From IMG/VR virus record IMGVR_UViG_3300037804_000367, positions 1 to 64,000 of that record: DNA of 64,000 nucleotides; one strand, 5' to 3'. Below the pieces are notes generated by a model, which was not told where the DNA came from, made no database searches, and worked only from the letters and a program-made list of their open reading frames with translations. Positions 37,625 to 48,527 of the stretch are shown here, in pieces. The stretch comes from a virus. A program made the translations under genes and the position numbers. Numbering within the stretch: the first letter of the stretch is position 1; the number at the start of each line of letters is the position of its first letter.

Positions 37625-39604
37625 TTAGGAAAGGTCACCAATGTATTGAAGATCTTCAAGTTTTCCACTTTCGATTGCATCAGATACCTTTTCGATATCC
37701 TTAAACCATTTAAGAACTTTTGAAATGATAACCTTCTTCTGCTTACCATCAACCTTTTCAAAGTCTGTGTAGCTTTTAGTGATACCAAGTCTTGATGATA
37801 TATCAAATATCTTTTTCAAAGCTGCTTGTTTTTTATCATCAGCATTACCGGACGTAGCTTTTGCAAGCTTGGCAAAGCTTTCAATGAAACCTAACAATTC
37901 AGAATCGTATTTGAAATCAAAGAATTTCTTTTCGAAAGGGTTTGCTATTAATTCTTTATGATACATGCTCATGAAATATTCAGCTAGTGTATTGAACACT
38001 GGACTAAAAGCTGAAGCATAAGTATCGAGATCAGAAGCTTTCATGTCTTGAGGACCACTATTAGCTCTTGCATCATATCTAGCACTAGCTTTTGAATTCG
38101 GAACTTTTGCTCTGTCTGCACCAAAGTATTTTTGGGTACGTGTTAAGTAAGCTATGGCTCTTGCTCTAGTAAGAGCTTCATCAACTAATTTTACTTCACC
38201 AGTTTCTGGGTCATATCTTTTTACTTTATAATAATCTCCACCATTGCTCCAAATCATTACATGGTCTTGTGTTTTATTGTCAACACCAATAACCAAGCGA
38301 CCACCTTCAGCGGACAAGAAAGATTTTACTTCTGCTTTGTTCTTTAAGTCGGTCCACTCGAGATCGTCCTTAATAACTGAACCACTCTTAGTATCAAATG
38401 ATTTATGAATAGCTGAAACGGTTTTAGAATCTAAACCTAGTGAACTTAATCCTGATGCTTCCGTAACAATTGATTCATCTAAAAGAACTTCTAAGTCTTC
38501 AAATGATACTTCGACTGGTTCTGACCAACCCTTGCCTTCAGGTTTCTTATCAGCTTCTTTGTATTGGCCAGTAAGAGTATTGTAGCAAACATTTGTCATT
38601 CCATTGATACGTCTTGCTGAATCAGATTCAACGACACCACCTGTATCAATTGATTCATCTTTCTCAAGTCTATCTAGTAATGATGTTAGTTGTCTCGGAC
38701 GAAGATCAAACTTATCACATAATTGTTCAAATGATAACTCATGTTTGAGATACTCATCATAAATAGATTGATCTGTTGCTTCGTCTTCTTGTAAGGAAGT
38801 AGATTCAAGTACACTTGCCTTTCCATCAGTGTAGTCCCCTTCAGGTACTTCAATGAGTGTCCATCTACTAGTAGTGTATTTGTTTAATACATCTACAGCA
38901 TTTTTTATATCTTTACCAGCTAATGTTTGGATATGGAATTTGACTTTGATGCCACCGTTTTCAAGTTCGGTGCCTTTGAATTCTGGGAGAGTATTTAATA
39001 TACGGTAATTCAATACACCGTCAAAAGAATGCCCAACACCAGACGTGCGACCATTTTTTACAGTGAACCCTCTACCAGTATTGTACATTGATTTTGTTTC
39101 AGGATTGTAAAAGTATGGTTGACGTCCATCACTTTTCAACATTTGTACTTTCTTACCAGGAGTGCCACCATCTTCTGATTCAAGATCGGATAGTTCAAAC
39201 CATCTGCGATTAGGACCAAAAGTAACTAAGTATCTTCCATCGTCACCCATTCTATTAACACGACCCTTACGACCCTTGCTCTTAATGAAAACCTTATCAC
39301 CTTTATTGAATTGTTCTGTTATTACATCTTCAGCAATTGGTTCATCGACATCGTCCATGTGCTTCTTACCTTCAAGAGCATCAAGGACTCCATCTACAAC
39401 AGTGTCAGCAGTAAAGTTATAAGTTTGTAAAGGTGTTTCACCTGCTACATCTTCTATTTGTAATTTGTACGAACCATCTTCTTTCTCTACTAGGTAAATC
39501 ATTTCGCCGTAGAAGAATGCCATCCACACTGCTTTCTCTCCTCCATAAGCTGTAGAGTTTTCAAACTTTAATTCTGTTAAAACTGTCTGTAGTTCATCAG
39601 TCAT
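37625..39604 (-). CDS. Large modular late protein, probable internal head protein with a KOW/SH3-like module
   Basis: TATAAATA at 39641. ITEQ, VLES, LQED, VVES, LDES and VTEA boundaries. FNKGDKV....G.V motif. Confidence 0.55.
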   Translation of the reverse strand: MTDELQTVLTELKFENSTAYGGEKAVWMAFFYGEMIYLVEKEDGSYKLQIEDVAGETPLQTYNFTADTVVDGVLDALEGKKHMDDVDEPIAEDVITEQFNKGDKVFIKSKGRKGRVNRMGDDGRYLVTFGPNRRWFELSDLESEDGGTPGKKVQMLKSDGRQPYFYNPETKSMYNTGRGFTVKNGRTSGVGHSFDGVLNYRILNTLPEFKGTELENGGIKVKFHIQTLAGKDIKNAVDVLNKYTTSRWTLIEVPEGDYTDGKASVLESTSLQEDEATDQSIYDEYLKHELSFEQLCDKFDLRPRQLTSLLDRLEKDESIDTGGVVESDSARRINGMTNVCYNTLTGQYKEADKKPEGKGWSEPVEVSFEDLEVLLDESIVTEASGLSSLGLDSKTVSAIHKSFDTKSGSVIKDDLEWTDLKNKAEVKSFLSAEGGRLVIGVDNKTQDHVMIWSNGGDYYKVKRYDPETGEVKLVDEALTRARAIAYLTRTQKYFGADRAKVPNSKASARYDARANSGPQDMKASDLDTYASAFSPVFNTLAEYFMSMYHKELIANPFEKKFFDFKYDSELLGFIESFAKLAKATSGNADDKKQAALKKIFDISSRLGITKSYTDFEKVDGKQKKVIISKVLKWFKDIEKVSDAIESGKLEDLQYIGDLS

Positions 39605-39653
39605 TATAATATCCCGTTGTGTTAAATTTAGCTATGTAGTTATTTATAGAATG

Positions 39654-40067
39654 TTACAATGAATCTACGTACAGTTCTAATAGAGATATTTGATTTTTAT
39701 GAACTACCTTTGCTGCCTCTTCAATGTCAAAATATCTTCCGTCTTGATTCTCAGGTAGACCTTTTCTATATCCATCAGCAATGATATTTGAACTTATATA
39801 TTTCTCAGTGCCATCGCCTTCGTAAATGAAAGCATTAATCTTCTTACCTTGCTTTACGTCTCCACTACCTTGAAGATAAACTAATCGATCAGGATGGTCA
39901 ATAGTAAGTCCAGTTTCTTCTTCAAATTCTCTGATAGCAGCTTGCTTTATATCTTCACCTTGTTCCACTCCGCCCTTTGGGATTCCCCAACCGTCACTAC
40001 CAGTGGGATTGATATAAAATATTTTATTCTCATGTCTAAGAATGATTCCTGCTGTTTGCCTTTGCAT
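39654..40067 (-). CDS. Nudix hydrolase
   Basis: WGIPKGGVEQGEDIKQAAIREFEEETG. Confidence 0.92.
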   Translation of the reverse strand: MQRQTAGIILRHENKIFYINPTGSDGWGIPKGGVEQGEDIKQAAIREFEEETGLTIDHPDRLVYLQGSGDVKQGKKINAFIYEGDGTEKYISSNIIADGYRKGLPENQDGRYFDIEEAAKVVHKNQISLLELYVDSL

Positions 40068-40179
40068 AATACTTTTCCTTTTCTAAAAACTAATGGGTAG
40101 GGACTCTCAAAACTACCTCGTGTTGTTTCATATACATTGGAACATCGACTGTCCCTTGATAGATCCTTTTTATTTATCA

Positions 40180-40479
40180 TTAGCTTACATTGTTATCCGA
40201 TACAAAGATGAAGCTACAAAGTTCACCATGAACATTATTACCAGTTGCAATTATAAAGTCATCAAAGTGATCAATGTTTTTATGAAGCTGCAATTTAAAC
40301 TGGCCATCTTCACTTTTGATTTGTTTAGTTGTTGGTTTATTTAACCAACACAATAACATATTATCTTTTCCTTCCATCCAAAATATATTTCTCTCATCTC
40401 TGAGAATAGTTTGAACACCTAACGATAATTTCAAATCACTTAATTGTTTTAACACTTTATCTACAACACTAAAATTCAT
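40180..40479 (-). CDS. Hypothetical protein (likely start 40479)
   Basis: TAATG-coupled to the upstream small gene. Confidence 0.55.
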   Translation of the reverse strand: MNFSVVDKVLKQLSDLKLSLGVQTILRDERNIFWMEGKDNMLLCWLNKPTTKQIKSEDGQFKLQLHKNIDHFDDFIIATGNNVHGELCSFIFVSDNNVS

Positions 40480-40655
40480 TACGGCATCTCCATCCAGTCG
40501 CCCATATTGCCACAACGCTTCATGTAATCTTGTCCACCATCAACAGCTACACTCTTACATGGACACCATTTAAAATCATGACGAGTCTTACTCTCAATTA
40601 TAGTAAGACACTTCAAACATTTTATTCTGTTTCTTTCTGGTTTTGATTCTTGCAT
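40479..40655 (-). CDS. 58-aa Zn-binding phage protein missed by the ORF track
   Basis: RNRIKCLKC....ES..RHDFKWC.C..VAVDGG..Y.KR.G. Confidence 0.75.
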   Translation of the reverse strand: MQESKPERNRIKCLKCLTIIESKTRHDFKWCPCKSVAVDGGQDYMKRCGNMGDWMEMP

Positions 40656-41628
40656 GATATATCTTCCTGTTGTTTTATTTGTTTTAAACTTTCTAAAAAC
40701 TGTAGAAGGTTTGAGTTATGATTAATCACAGTATTGAATAATAAATCAAATTGTGGAGAGTTTAATTGTACATCATATTTTTCAGCTAATTGCTTCATTA
40801 GTTTAAATATGTCGCCATCATCTTGTTCGGTAAACGTCCAAAGCCAATCACCGTTGTCTAATTGTTCCTCAATCATGTTGTGTCCTTTGCATTAATTTTA
40901 TTAAACCTATTGCAGCTGCCCATCCTTTTTCAGTTGGCTCTAACCTAGCGAATGGAGCTATATCATTTTGACTGAAATGTGGATCTAATTTATTATGGGA
41001 TAGTATCTTTGCTAGATGATAATTATATACACAAATCTTATTACCTTCATAGTTATTACAGTCAGGATAAACAATTTTGATTACACACCAATCATAAAAA
41101 CTTTGACTCTTAACTATTTTATAATTAGTTGCTACAGGGTTTCCTGATCTGTAAACATATTCAACATCATTGCTACTACAACTTCTACTAAAAGGAGATA
41201 GACCCATTATAGTTTCCTATTACTTTTTATTACATCAGGCATCGGCTCGCCATACATTTCATGCAAATATAATTTTTGCTTATATGTTGTTAAGTCCAAC
41301 CCATACTTCTTACAATCAATTGCTTGTTGTAGTCCTTTCTCGCTACACGTATGACCATGATAGTGAGTATCATGATCATCCCAGTTTACAAAATCTCCAC
41401 ACTTGTCACATTTCATGATTAAGTAATCTTGTTTGCGTTGATGGTATCTTGGATATCTTTATGATTAAGATTAACCGTAATGCCATCACGCATCTTTGTC
41501 ATCATGTCAGTTGTATAAGCAGTAAGAAGATCACTAGCTCGTTGTGCAGCTAATCTCCCAGCACTAGGACTTGGCATTGTCTTGAGATCTATTCTATGCT
41601 GTAGAACTATTTCGTTGATGCTTTCCAT
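40622..41628 (-). other. Four small hypothetical CDS (40622-40876, 40869-41207, 41207-41416, 41419-41628)
   Basis: Coupled co-directional ORFs. Confidence 0.55.
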
Positions 41629-41643
41629 TATAATGTTCCTTTG

Positions 41644-42207
41644 TTAATGATGATCGTCAGTTACAATTTCTTGTTTATGATTTCTCATATTGTTTTTCTT
41701 AATGCTGTCAATCTCAGAAAGGATCTGTTCAACACTAACTGGTTTCCAATCCCAACAATCGACTCCTACATCAAGACGAAGCTTTGTGCCATCATGTTTA
41801 AGATTACCATGACAATGACCATGTAGCATGATCGTTCCTCTGTATTGTCCGTTCCATGATACCATAGGGTAGTGACTTAGAACAAACTTCTGAGTTCCAA
41901 CTTTGATCTCTTTATAGTCACCGCTCCAAGCACACCCTTCACTATTTCTAAATGATTTATCATGGTTTCCAAAGATCCAATGAATGTGACCATTAAGTCT
42001 CCTGAATAGATTCTCCACCTGGGACTTTTTATTTACAAACGCGAAGTCCCCTAGCATGTAGATGTCGTCTTGAGGATCAACAAGTTCATTCCAATTACTA
42101 ATCATTGCTTCATTCATTTCGTCTACATTTGCAAACGGACGATTACTAAATCTAATAATGTTCTTATGATTGAAATGTAGATCAGATGTAAACCATGTAC
42201 GTTTCAT
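41644..42207 (-). CDS. Calcineurin-like phosphoesterase
   Basis: FTSDLHFNH, LGDF, GNHD, SHYP, LHGHCH, DVGVD. Confidence 0.92.
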   Translation of the reverse strand: MKRTWFTSDLHFNHKNIIRFSNRPFANVDEMNEAMISNWNELVDPQDDIYMLGDFAFVNKKSQVENLFRRLNGHIHWIFGNHDKSFRNSEGCAWSGDYKEIKVGTQKFVLSHYPMVSWNGQYRGTIMLHGHCHGNLKHDGTKLRLDVGVDCWDWKPVSVEQILSEIDSIKKNNMRNHKQEIVTDDHH

Positions 42208-42395
42208 TTTATACTTTCCTTTATTAGTTCAAGTGATATACAAACATTGCAATCACATCTAGTAACGTCAAGTGCCATTACTTTATTATAGAATGAAGAT
42301 AGTTTACCAAACTCACTATTAACATCTTTGCACTTTGTACAAAGGCCGTTCTTGAATGACAAACCATTCTTTCCACATCCGTTACATTGTTCCAT
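42204..42395 (-). CDS. Small Cys-rich hypothetical protein
   Basis: C..C, C..C, CDC..C. Confidence 0.5.
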   Translation of the reverse strand: MEQCNGCGKNGLSFKNGLCTKCKDVNSEFGKLSSFYNKVMALDVTRCDCNVCISLELIKESIK

Positions 42396-42400
42396 ATTTG

Positions 42401-42904
42401 TCAGTCAATTGCTCTTGTTAGTGTTGGCGGAGTACTAAGCTTGAATGGTTTATCTGCTAACATGTAGTTACCAGCCCACTCTACGTATGTACCGTCTGTA
42501 GTAAAGAAGAAGATGCCATCACCATTAGTTCCGTATGAACCATCCTCTGCAGGACTAGGCAGTGTTACTGATCCACCATGCGTCCTTTTTAATTGTTCAG
42601 GGTTCGTGATCTGTGAATTTACAGAACTAACCTTTCCTTTGATAGAATAGAACGCCATGATCCTTCCATAGCTAACAAGATAGATATAACTTACTTTGTT
42701 TTCATTATTCCATAAATTGGTTCGCTTATTAATATTCTCACGTTCCAAACTCCATTGCAATGATACAGGAGGTTGTGCAGTCAGGAGTCGAGCTTGATTT
42801 TCTTCAGTTTGTTTCTGTTCCTTTTCCGATGTACCTTTTGGCTCACAAGCAGTGAATAGAGATAGCATGAGGATGGACATTAGTACTAGCATTAGTTTTT
42901 TCAT
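42401..42904 (-). CDS. Conserved-type phage lipoprotein
   Basis: Lipobox FTAC, SLERENIN.R, GKVSS, PSP..DGSYG.N..GIFFFT. Confidence 0.75.
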   Translation of the reverse strand: MKKLMLVLMSILMLSLFTACEPKGTSEKEQKQTEENQARLLTAQPPVSLQWSLERENINKRTNLWNNENKVSYIYLVSYGRIMAFYSIKGKVSSVNSQITNPEQLKRTHGGSVTLPSPAEDGSYGTNGDGIFFFTTDGTYVEWAGNYMLADKPFKLSTPPTLTRAID

Positions 42905-42938
42905 ATTGGGTATTCCTTTTGTTTGTTTTTGTTTGGGG

Positions 42939-43361
42939 TTAGTTAAGTTGGTGTGGTAAGTTGTTGTCTTTAAAGATGTTTCGATTCAACATCTTAGATC
43001 TGGCATTGTACTTGGATCGCATATCCTCCATTTGATATACAAGTCCGTCTGCGATTGACCTTAGCCTAGAGAACTCTTGTTTGTCTTCAAAGGTCCATTT
43101 GTCTCTATCACCTGCGTCTGTCTTAAATGTTTCAACACTTTTATTTGATATGTCGATCTTTTGTTTGATTGCACCATAGTCTTCATGTTGTTGCTTGAAC
43201 CATTCGTATTGAAAGATTACATTGTCACCATCAAGAGTACGATCCATTATCTGAGTACCAGTTGTGCAAGCCCTGCCAACCACTAACAAAATTATCATCA
43301 TACATACTACACCAAAACCTACGAACACATTCTTCATTTGTATTACCTTTATTATATTCAT
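42939..43361 (-). CDS. Membrane-anchored coiled-coil protein
   Basis: N-terminal TM segment, YEWF, YNA.S. Paired with the lipoprotein. Confidence 0.65.
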   Translation of the reverse strand: MNIIKVIQMKNVFVGFGVVCMMIILLVVGRACTTGTQIMDRTLDGDNVIFQYEWFKQQHEDYGAIKQKIDISNKSVETFKTDAGDRDKWTFEDKQEFSRLRSIADGLVYQMEDMRSKYNARSKMLNRNIFKDNNLPHQLN

Positions 43362-43455
43362 TTTTGTTTCCTTACTACATCTTTCGTTTACCTATACTAA
43401 TATACACTGTTAACTAGATAAGTCAACCTCAAAGTCAAACTATTTGCAATAAAAA

Positions 43456-43722
43456 TTATCCTATACATTTCCACATTGTTGCTATTATATTATCAACCTG
43501 TTTATGAACATCTTTCATAGTAGGCTCTTCTAGGGGCACACCACAAAAGTTTCCACTGTAAAAACTCCAGCCTTGATGATCCTCAGTGTAATACACAGAC
43601 CCAAACCCTATAACCTTGTTAACCGTAAAGTAATATGAAGGCTCACAATCACATTCATCTTCACAATCACAATAATCTGTTAGGCATCTAACATTACTAT
43701 CTTTGTATCTATGAGTGCTCAT
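43456..43722 (-). CDS. Hypothetical protein
   Basis: Coupled to the queC-like gene. Confidence 0.55.
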   Translation of the reverse strand: MSTHRYKDSNVRCLTDYCDCEDECDCEPSYYFTVNKVIGFGSVYYTEDHQGWSFYSGNFCGVPLEEPTMKDVHKQVDNIIATMWKCIG

Positions 43723-43725
43723 TAT

Positions 43726-44385
43726 CTAGTTATCCTTATTGTGTTTACGAAGCAGCTTCGCCTTGTATGTGCTAGCTTTGTTATTGATACAACAATTGCA
43801 CTTTCCACACGGCCGCCCTTTTTTACCCTCAGTACCTTCACAGTACCAACATAAGTGAGATAGAGTTGACTCGCGCATGTCATTAATAACATCAGCCTTA
43901 GTATTAAATATGAGAGGTAGCTTTAGTCCGTCTACCTTCTTACCATTTATAATAGCAAGATGCTTCCATATTTGTTTGGCACTATGTATCAGTTCACTAT
44001 CATAATCATCCTTGAGCCAACTTATGTATACATCCTCATCCATCTTACTCATCATACTAGCTAGAGAGATCCATAAGCTAGGCTGACAGCCCTGACCATG
44101 TAGTTGATTGTGTAGGTCTATAGTTAGCTCTTGATGATCCCAATCACAAATGTCATAAATCTTTAACATACGTTTCTTTAATTTCTTCCTAGCCTTCTTC
44201 TCCATCTTTTGTTGACGATTGGAGATCTGATCAATATCAAACGCAATTGTTCTTACACTACCCGGAGTACTGTTTTGAAGAATGTTGATTAGAGTTAGAG
44301 TAGAATCGAGACCGCCCGTCCATAGTACTAACTTGTTTGTACTAGCTTCATTAGTTTTTATCATCTTTATATTAACCTTTGACAT
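43726..44385 (-). CDS. queC: QueC-like PP-loop protein (start uncertain)
   Basis: LVLWTGGLDST PP-loop, PL....KA.VI, CWYC...PCGKC..C Zn motif. Confidence 0.7.
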   Translation of the reverse strand: MSKVNIKMIKTNEASTNKLVLWTGGLDSTLTLINILQNSTPGSVRTIAFDIDQISNRQQKMEKKARKKLKKRMLKIYDICDWDHQELTIDLHNQLHGQGCQPSLWISLASMMSKMDEDVYISWLKDDYDSELIHSAKQIWKHLAIINGKKVDGLKLPLIFNTKADVINDMRESTLSHLCWYCEGTEGKKGRPCGKCNCCINNKASTYKAKLLRKHNKDN

Positions 44386-44419
44386 TACGTTTAATCTTAA
44401 AAAAATTTTACACACTGTT

Positions 44420-46400
44420 GTTGTTTAACCGTTATACAATGCACTATTGTCCTTGGGGAGATAGCATGGGTTATAGTGACTTGAATTTTAACCATTATTG
44501 ATTTGTTGGTTATTTTAGTAGACTAGTCTTTGGTATAACCTTTATGTGTTGTTTGTTGTGTAATGCATGTATTATATTATCTTAGCAAGTTGCGTTATAG
44601 TTACATCATATCCACGAATTAGTACAGTTATTATACGATCGTTGTATACAACTATGTACATGGGTGTATTGATTTACCCTATCGTTGATCGAGAAGTTAT
44701 TAGACCGTAGGACAAAAGCTGCTTAGCACATTGCCGTTGAATGAGCCGTTTTACGCAAAAATCGTAAAAACGCTATATACACGTATTTTAGCTATTGAGA
44801 TAACGTCTCACGCAGATTGCGGTATACTAGCCGTTAGTACACGATTTAAGTAATCATAGATACAACAACTCGTTATACGTAGGAATGCGTAAGATATAGT
44901 TTTTGGTATAAACGTCGTTATGAATAGTTGTATTATTCAATAATAGCATTTGACCATATACTAATACAATTGGTAATACATTCTACTACGAATAAAGGTA
45001 TCATAACGTATTCCATGCATTCATAAGTGATCATAACGTGTTATATCAATTACTAAGTGATCATATCGTGTTATATAAGGTAAACCGTCCCTTTACCTAG
45101 GGAAAAAAGTGTTATTTAGAAATTCATAGCGGTTTCTACGCGTTTCTAAGCGATCCTATCAGTTTCTATACCGGATATTGGGGTAAATTGCGTATATTAT
45201 CAGTAAAACCATTGCTCTTCCCGGGGAATACTCCACCTGACACGTGTTTATTCGGTGATTAGGGTAATAAACTAGTTGATATTAGTCAATACTGGGTTAA
45301 ATATTGCAAAATAGTCTGGATAATAGTATGTTAAGCGGGAATATTAGTAAAAACCGTCTCTCTTCCTGCAGAGACCTCGAACATACGCGTGTTTATTCGG
45401 CGATTGGGTCAATAAACGACATATAAATCAAGGAACATTGTATGATAGCTCTTATAACTGCTGCTTGGGACAAGATTTCGAGCGTAGTTGGTGATGAAAC
45501 CACTATTACTCCGGATACTTACGAGTATCTTGGGGTAAAATTCACTAATGGAGAGACAAAACTGTTAGATATCGGTGATGACTTCGAGAAAAGGCACTTA
45601 GAAAGTATATTTCCCATCATTTCCGAGTATGGATACAGTTCTTTAACTGCAATTGGCCCTAATAATGGATTTTATATCATTCCAAAGGATAGTTCTTACA
45701 ATTTAACCATTGCTTGGCGCTATGAAGGCACTACTTTGGGTCAAATAGGTTCATTTAATGAGCAAAGTGAAGTAATTGAGCGCAAGCACCCGATGTTTTT
45801 TGCTGATCACATCTGTAATAGTTGTTTGAAGCCTATTACTATATGTAAATGTGAACAATTAAGTCATCCGATCGATCATTTTGGTGGTCCAGGTACTGCT
45901 TGGGGTGGTCCAGGACCAATTGAAGTAATGAAAGGGTAAACTTTTATCAAAAACTGACTAAAAACAGTCAACTTTTGTGGTAGGGCACCCACCTCCCTTG
46001 GTATAACAATATCAGCTAGACCTTTTTCGATCGTTTTATGTCTCAACGCGCGACCAAAAAAAATAAATATTGTATATCGCGTAGTGCACAAGTGTAGTAC
46101 ACAATAATTTGGCAGTATTTTATAAGTGACCTTTGTAATACATCTTTAAAAGTATAACGAAATCGTTTTTGCTTAATAATTGGCAAACATTTAAAAGTAT
46201 AACAAAATCGGCAAGACCTTTTTCGATCGATTTAGGTCTAACACGTGACCAAAAAAAATAAATATTGTATATCGTGGACTAGTATAGCGTAGTGCACAAT
46301 ATTTTGGCAGTATTTTCCGTAGACCTTTTTCGATCGATTTAGGTCTGTAGCATTATTTCAGCATTTTACCTAATAGTCGATTTCGTTAACGAGTTTTTTT
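44420..46400. repeat. Largely non-coding region with several families of direct repeats (candidate origin)
   Basis: AGACCTTTTTCGATCG at 46018, 46214 and 46321, two ~147-nt imperfect tandem blocks (45193, 45340), GATCATA.CGTGTTATAT x2. Confidence 0.65.
45442..45939 (+). CDS. Hypothetical protein with a C-terminal Cys knuckle
   Basis: AAGGA RBS, C..C..PIT.CKC. One of the few plus-strand genes. Confidence 0.6.
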   Translation: MIALITAAWDKISSVVGDETTITPDTYEYLGVKFTNGETKLLDIGDDFEKRHLESIFPIISEYGYSSLTAIGPNNGFYIIPKDSSYNLTIAWRYEGTTLGQIGSFNEQSEVIERKHPMFFADHICNSCLKPITICKCEQLSHPIDHFGGPGTAWGGPGPIEVMKG

Positions 46401-46410
46401 GTTATAAAAC

Positions 46411-46446
46411 AAAAAAAGACTTACCAAATGAATGATAAGTCTTTTT
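46411..46446. terminator. Intrinsic terminator
   Basis: AAAAAAAGACTTA..TAAGTCTTTTT. Confidence 0.75.
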
Positions 46447-46466
46447 AAAATTTGATTATGTTTGTT

Positions 46467-46820
46467 TTATTTGTCTGGTGGAGTGACCTCTTCCCTTACA
46501 ACTGAAATGTTTCGGTACTTAGATAGGAAAGGTATACGCCAGCCATAAACTTTGACCTTAAATGTCTTACCTTTGTCTAATTGTGATTGCATATCAGATG
46601 AATCAAACTTCCAACGTAGTAAAGTATCATTGTTTGCAAACACTTCGCCTTGTTCAGTAAAGATTAAGTACTTACTGTCCCCATTTGACATCACCACTTC
46701 TTGTTTCTTAACTGTAATAGTTAGTTCTTGTGTTGAGAAGTGAGGGCCAACAATCATAAATGCAATAATTGCTAAAACTAAAATCACTAACACGCCTTTT
46801 GTTCCATCTTTCATACTCAT
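46467..46820 (-). CDS. DUF1523-like membrane protein
   Basis: TM segment, KYLIFT..GEVF.N.DT....KFDSSD.Q, YGWRIPFLS.Y.NI. Confidence 0.75.
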   Translation of the reverse strand: MSMKDGTKGVLVILVLAIIAFMIVGPHFSTQELTITVKKQEVVMSNGDSKYLIFTEQGEVFANNDTLLRWKFDSSDMQSQLDKGKTFKVKVYGWRIPFLSKYRNISVVREEVTPPDK

Positions 46821-46980
46821 TTTCCTTTTTGTTTATTAGATCTTTGTTGCTCGAACTGTTCCTGAATCTCTTTTGTTCTCAAATTATACTCAACCATATC
46901 AACACAGATGCAAGGAGTCGAAGAACAATACATACAACACACTCCACAACTCGGACAGTCGTCATTATATGTGCTTGCCA

Positions 46981-48249
46981 TTATAGATAGATACCTTGGT
47001 GAGCATAAATGCCAACCTTCTGAAGTCTTTGTCCGTCACAAATCTCTTTAAGCAATTGAACAATGTTTGTAAACTGTTTAAGACGATTAAACTTGTCAAT
47101 CGTAATCGCTTTCGTGATAGTATCGATAGCTTCCTTAGAGGTCTGTTTACGAAGGTCTGACTTCATGAATACAATTTTAAAGATCTCTAGGCTGTCTGAT
47201 GACTGAACTAACATATTACTTCTCCGGTTGATTAAATCTTATCTTACTAATATTAATATACACCCTCAAGTAGATAAGTCAACTTCATTTGACCAATATG
47301 TGTCGTAATAGTTCATGATAGATGTTTCTTCATTTCAAATGCTAGATAATGATTATCAAAATCTTCTTGTGTGGAAAGAACAAGCATCTGTTTAATTATT
47401 AGTTCTTGTAACCCGCTTCTGAATCTAAACAACTCGCATTTGTTGGTCGTATTCTCCCATCCGACACATATCAATTTAAATAATTCATTGTCCCAATTGC
47501 TAGTTGTAACATAAATGGCCATTGTTCCATTTGACCAATATGTTTTGTTAAAGTTCATCATTGATGTTTGCTCGGTTCTATTTTAAAAACCAAAATATAA
47601 TCATCGCGTACCACGTTACATCAAGAAGCTTTCCAAATGTAGACTGAGCTACTGCGCGTCCGAACCAACCACACACTCTCATGTAAGAGTTTCTAACACC
47701 TAGTACGATACCATAACCAATTATTAATGATAGTAGAATTAGATTAATCATTTTTTATCTCCATTAATTGTTGCGTTGTTATTGTTCGGGAAACAAATTC
47801 ACATTTAACACCAACTGCTCTCATTTGTTCGACAGTCATCTTATCATGTTTATAACGTTTGATTTCTTTATTGTTAGTCAGGTCGTAAATGTAGTATGAT
47901 TTAAATGATAGCTTATTTGGAATTTTTAGACATTTAACTATTTTACCATCAATAAAGTATTCAATTTTTGATGTTGGAAATGGGGTAGCAAATCCATTAG
48001 GGGTTGAGTTGTTATCCATTTTTATTCACCCCAAGCACTTTTAATGTTTAGCATTCTAACAGCCATCTTTGCAAACTGACTATTGGCTCCGTCGTGCTTG
48101 TAACCAATACCTATAAGCAGAGCTACATCTTCTGTTTCTGCAATCATACTCAGTTCCTTTCCATCAACCACTGGCTTGAAGTAATTTATAACATCTAAAG
48201 ATGGAATATTATTTGCACCTGTGTTCTGATATTGTTTAACTGTAATCAT
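46981..48249 (-). other. Small early hypothetical CDS (46981-47214, 47313-47561 ending MKKHLS, ~57-aa membrane ORF 47577-47750, 47744-48019, 48022-48249)
   Basis: Coupled ORFs with RBS. Confidence 0.55.
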
Positions 48250-48527
48250 TTTTTGTACTCCTGGTTGTGTAAATGTTTACTCATCTGTTTTGTTAGTATG
48301 AATTGTTGAGCTGTTAGTTTATCAATTGTTCGCCAATGGCCTGGAATGTCATAGCTGACATGTTGCCATCCTAATATTGACAACCACTTATAATTAGTAT
48401 CCCCTTTGCTTGCAAACAATACAAAGTTTTTGTCATCGGAATAGTTTGTCAAGAAGAACTTGTTCATTGTGTCAACACATAATTTCTCTTTGACATCATT
48501 CATTTTAACTACAACCCTTTTCGCCAT
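48246..48527 (-). CDS. Hypothetical protein with an MSKHL motif near the C-terminus (likely start MAKRVV)
   Basis: TAATG coupling to the HNH stop region. Start estimated. Confidence 0.5.
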   Translation of the reverse strand: MAKRVVVKMNDVKEKLCVDTMNKFFLTNYSDDKNFVLFASKGDTNYKWLSILGWQHVSYDIPGHWRTIDKLTAQQFILTKQMSKHLHNQEYKK

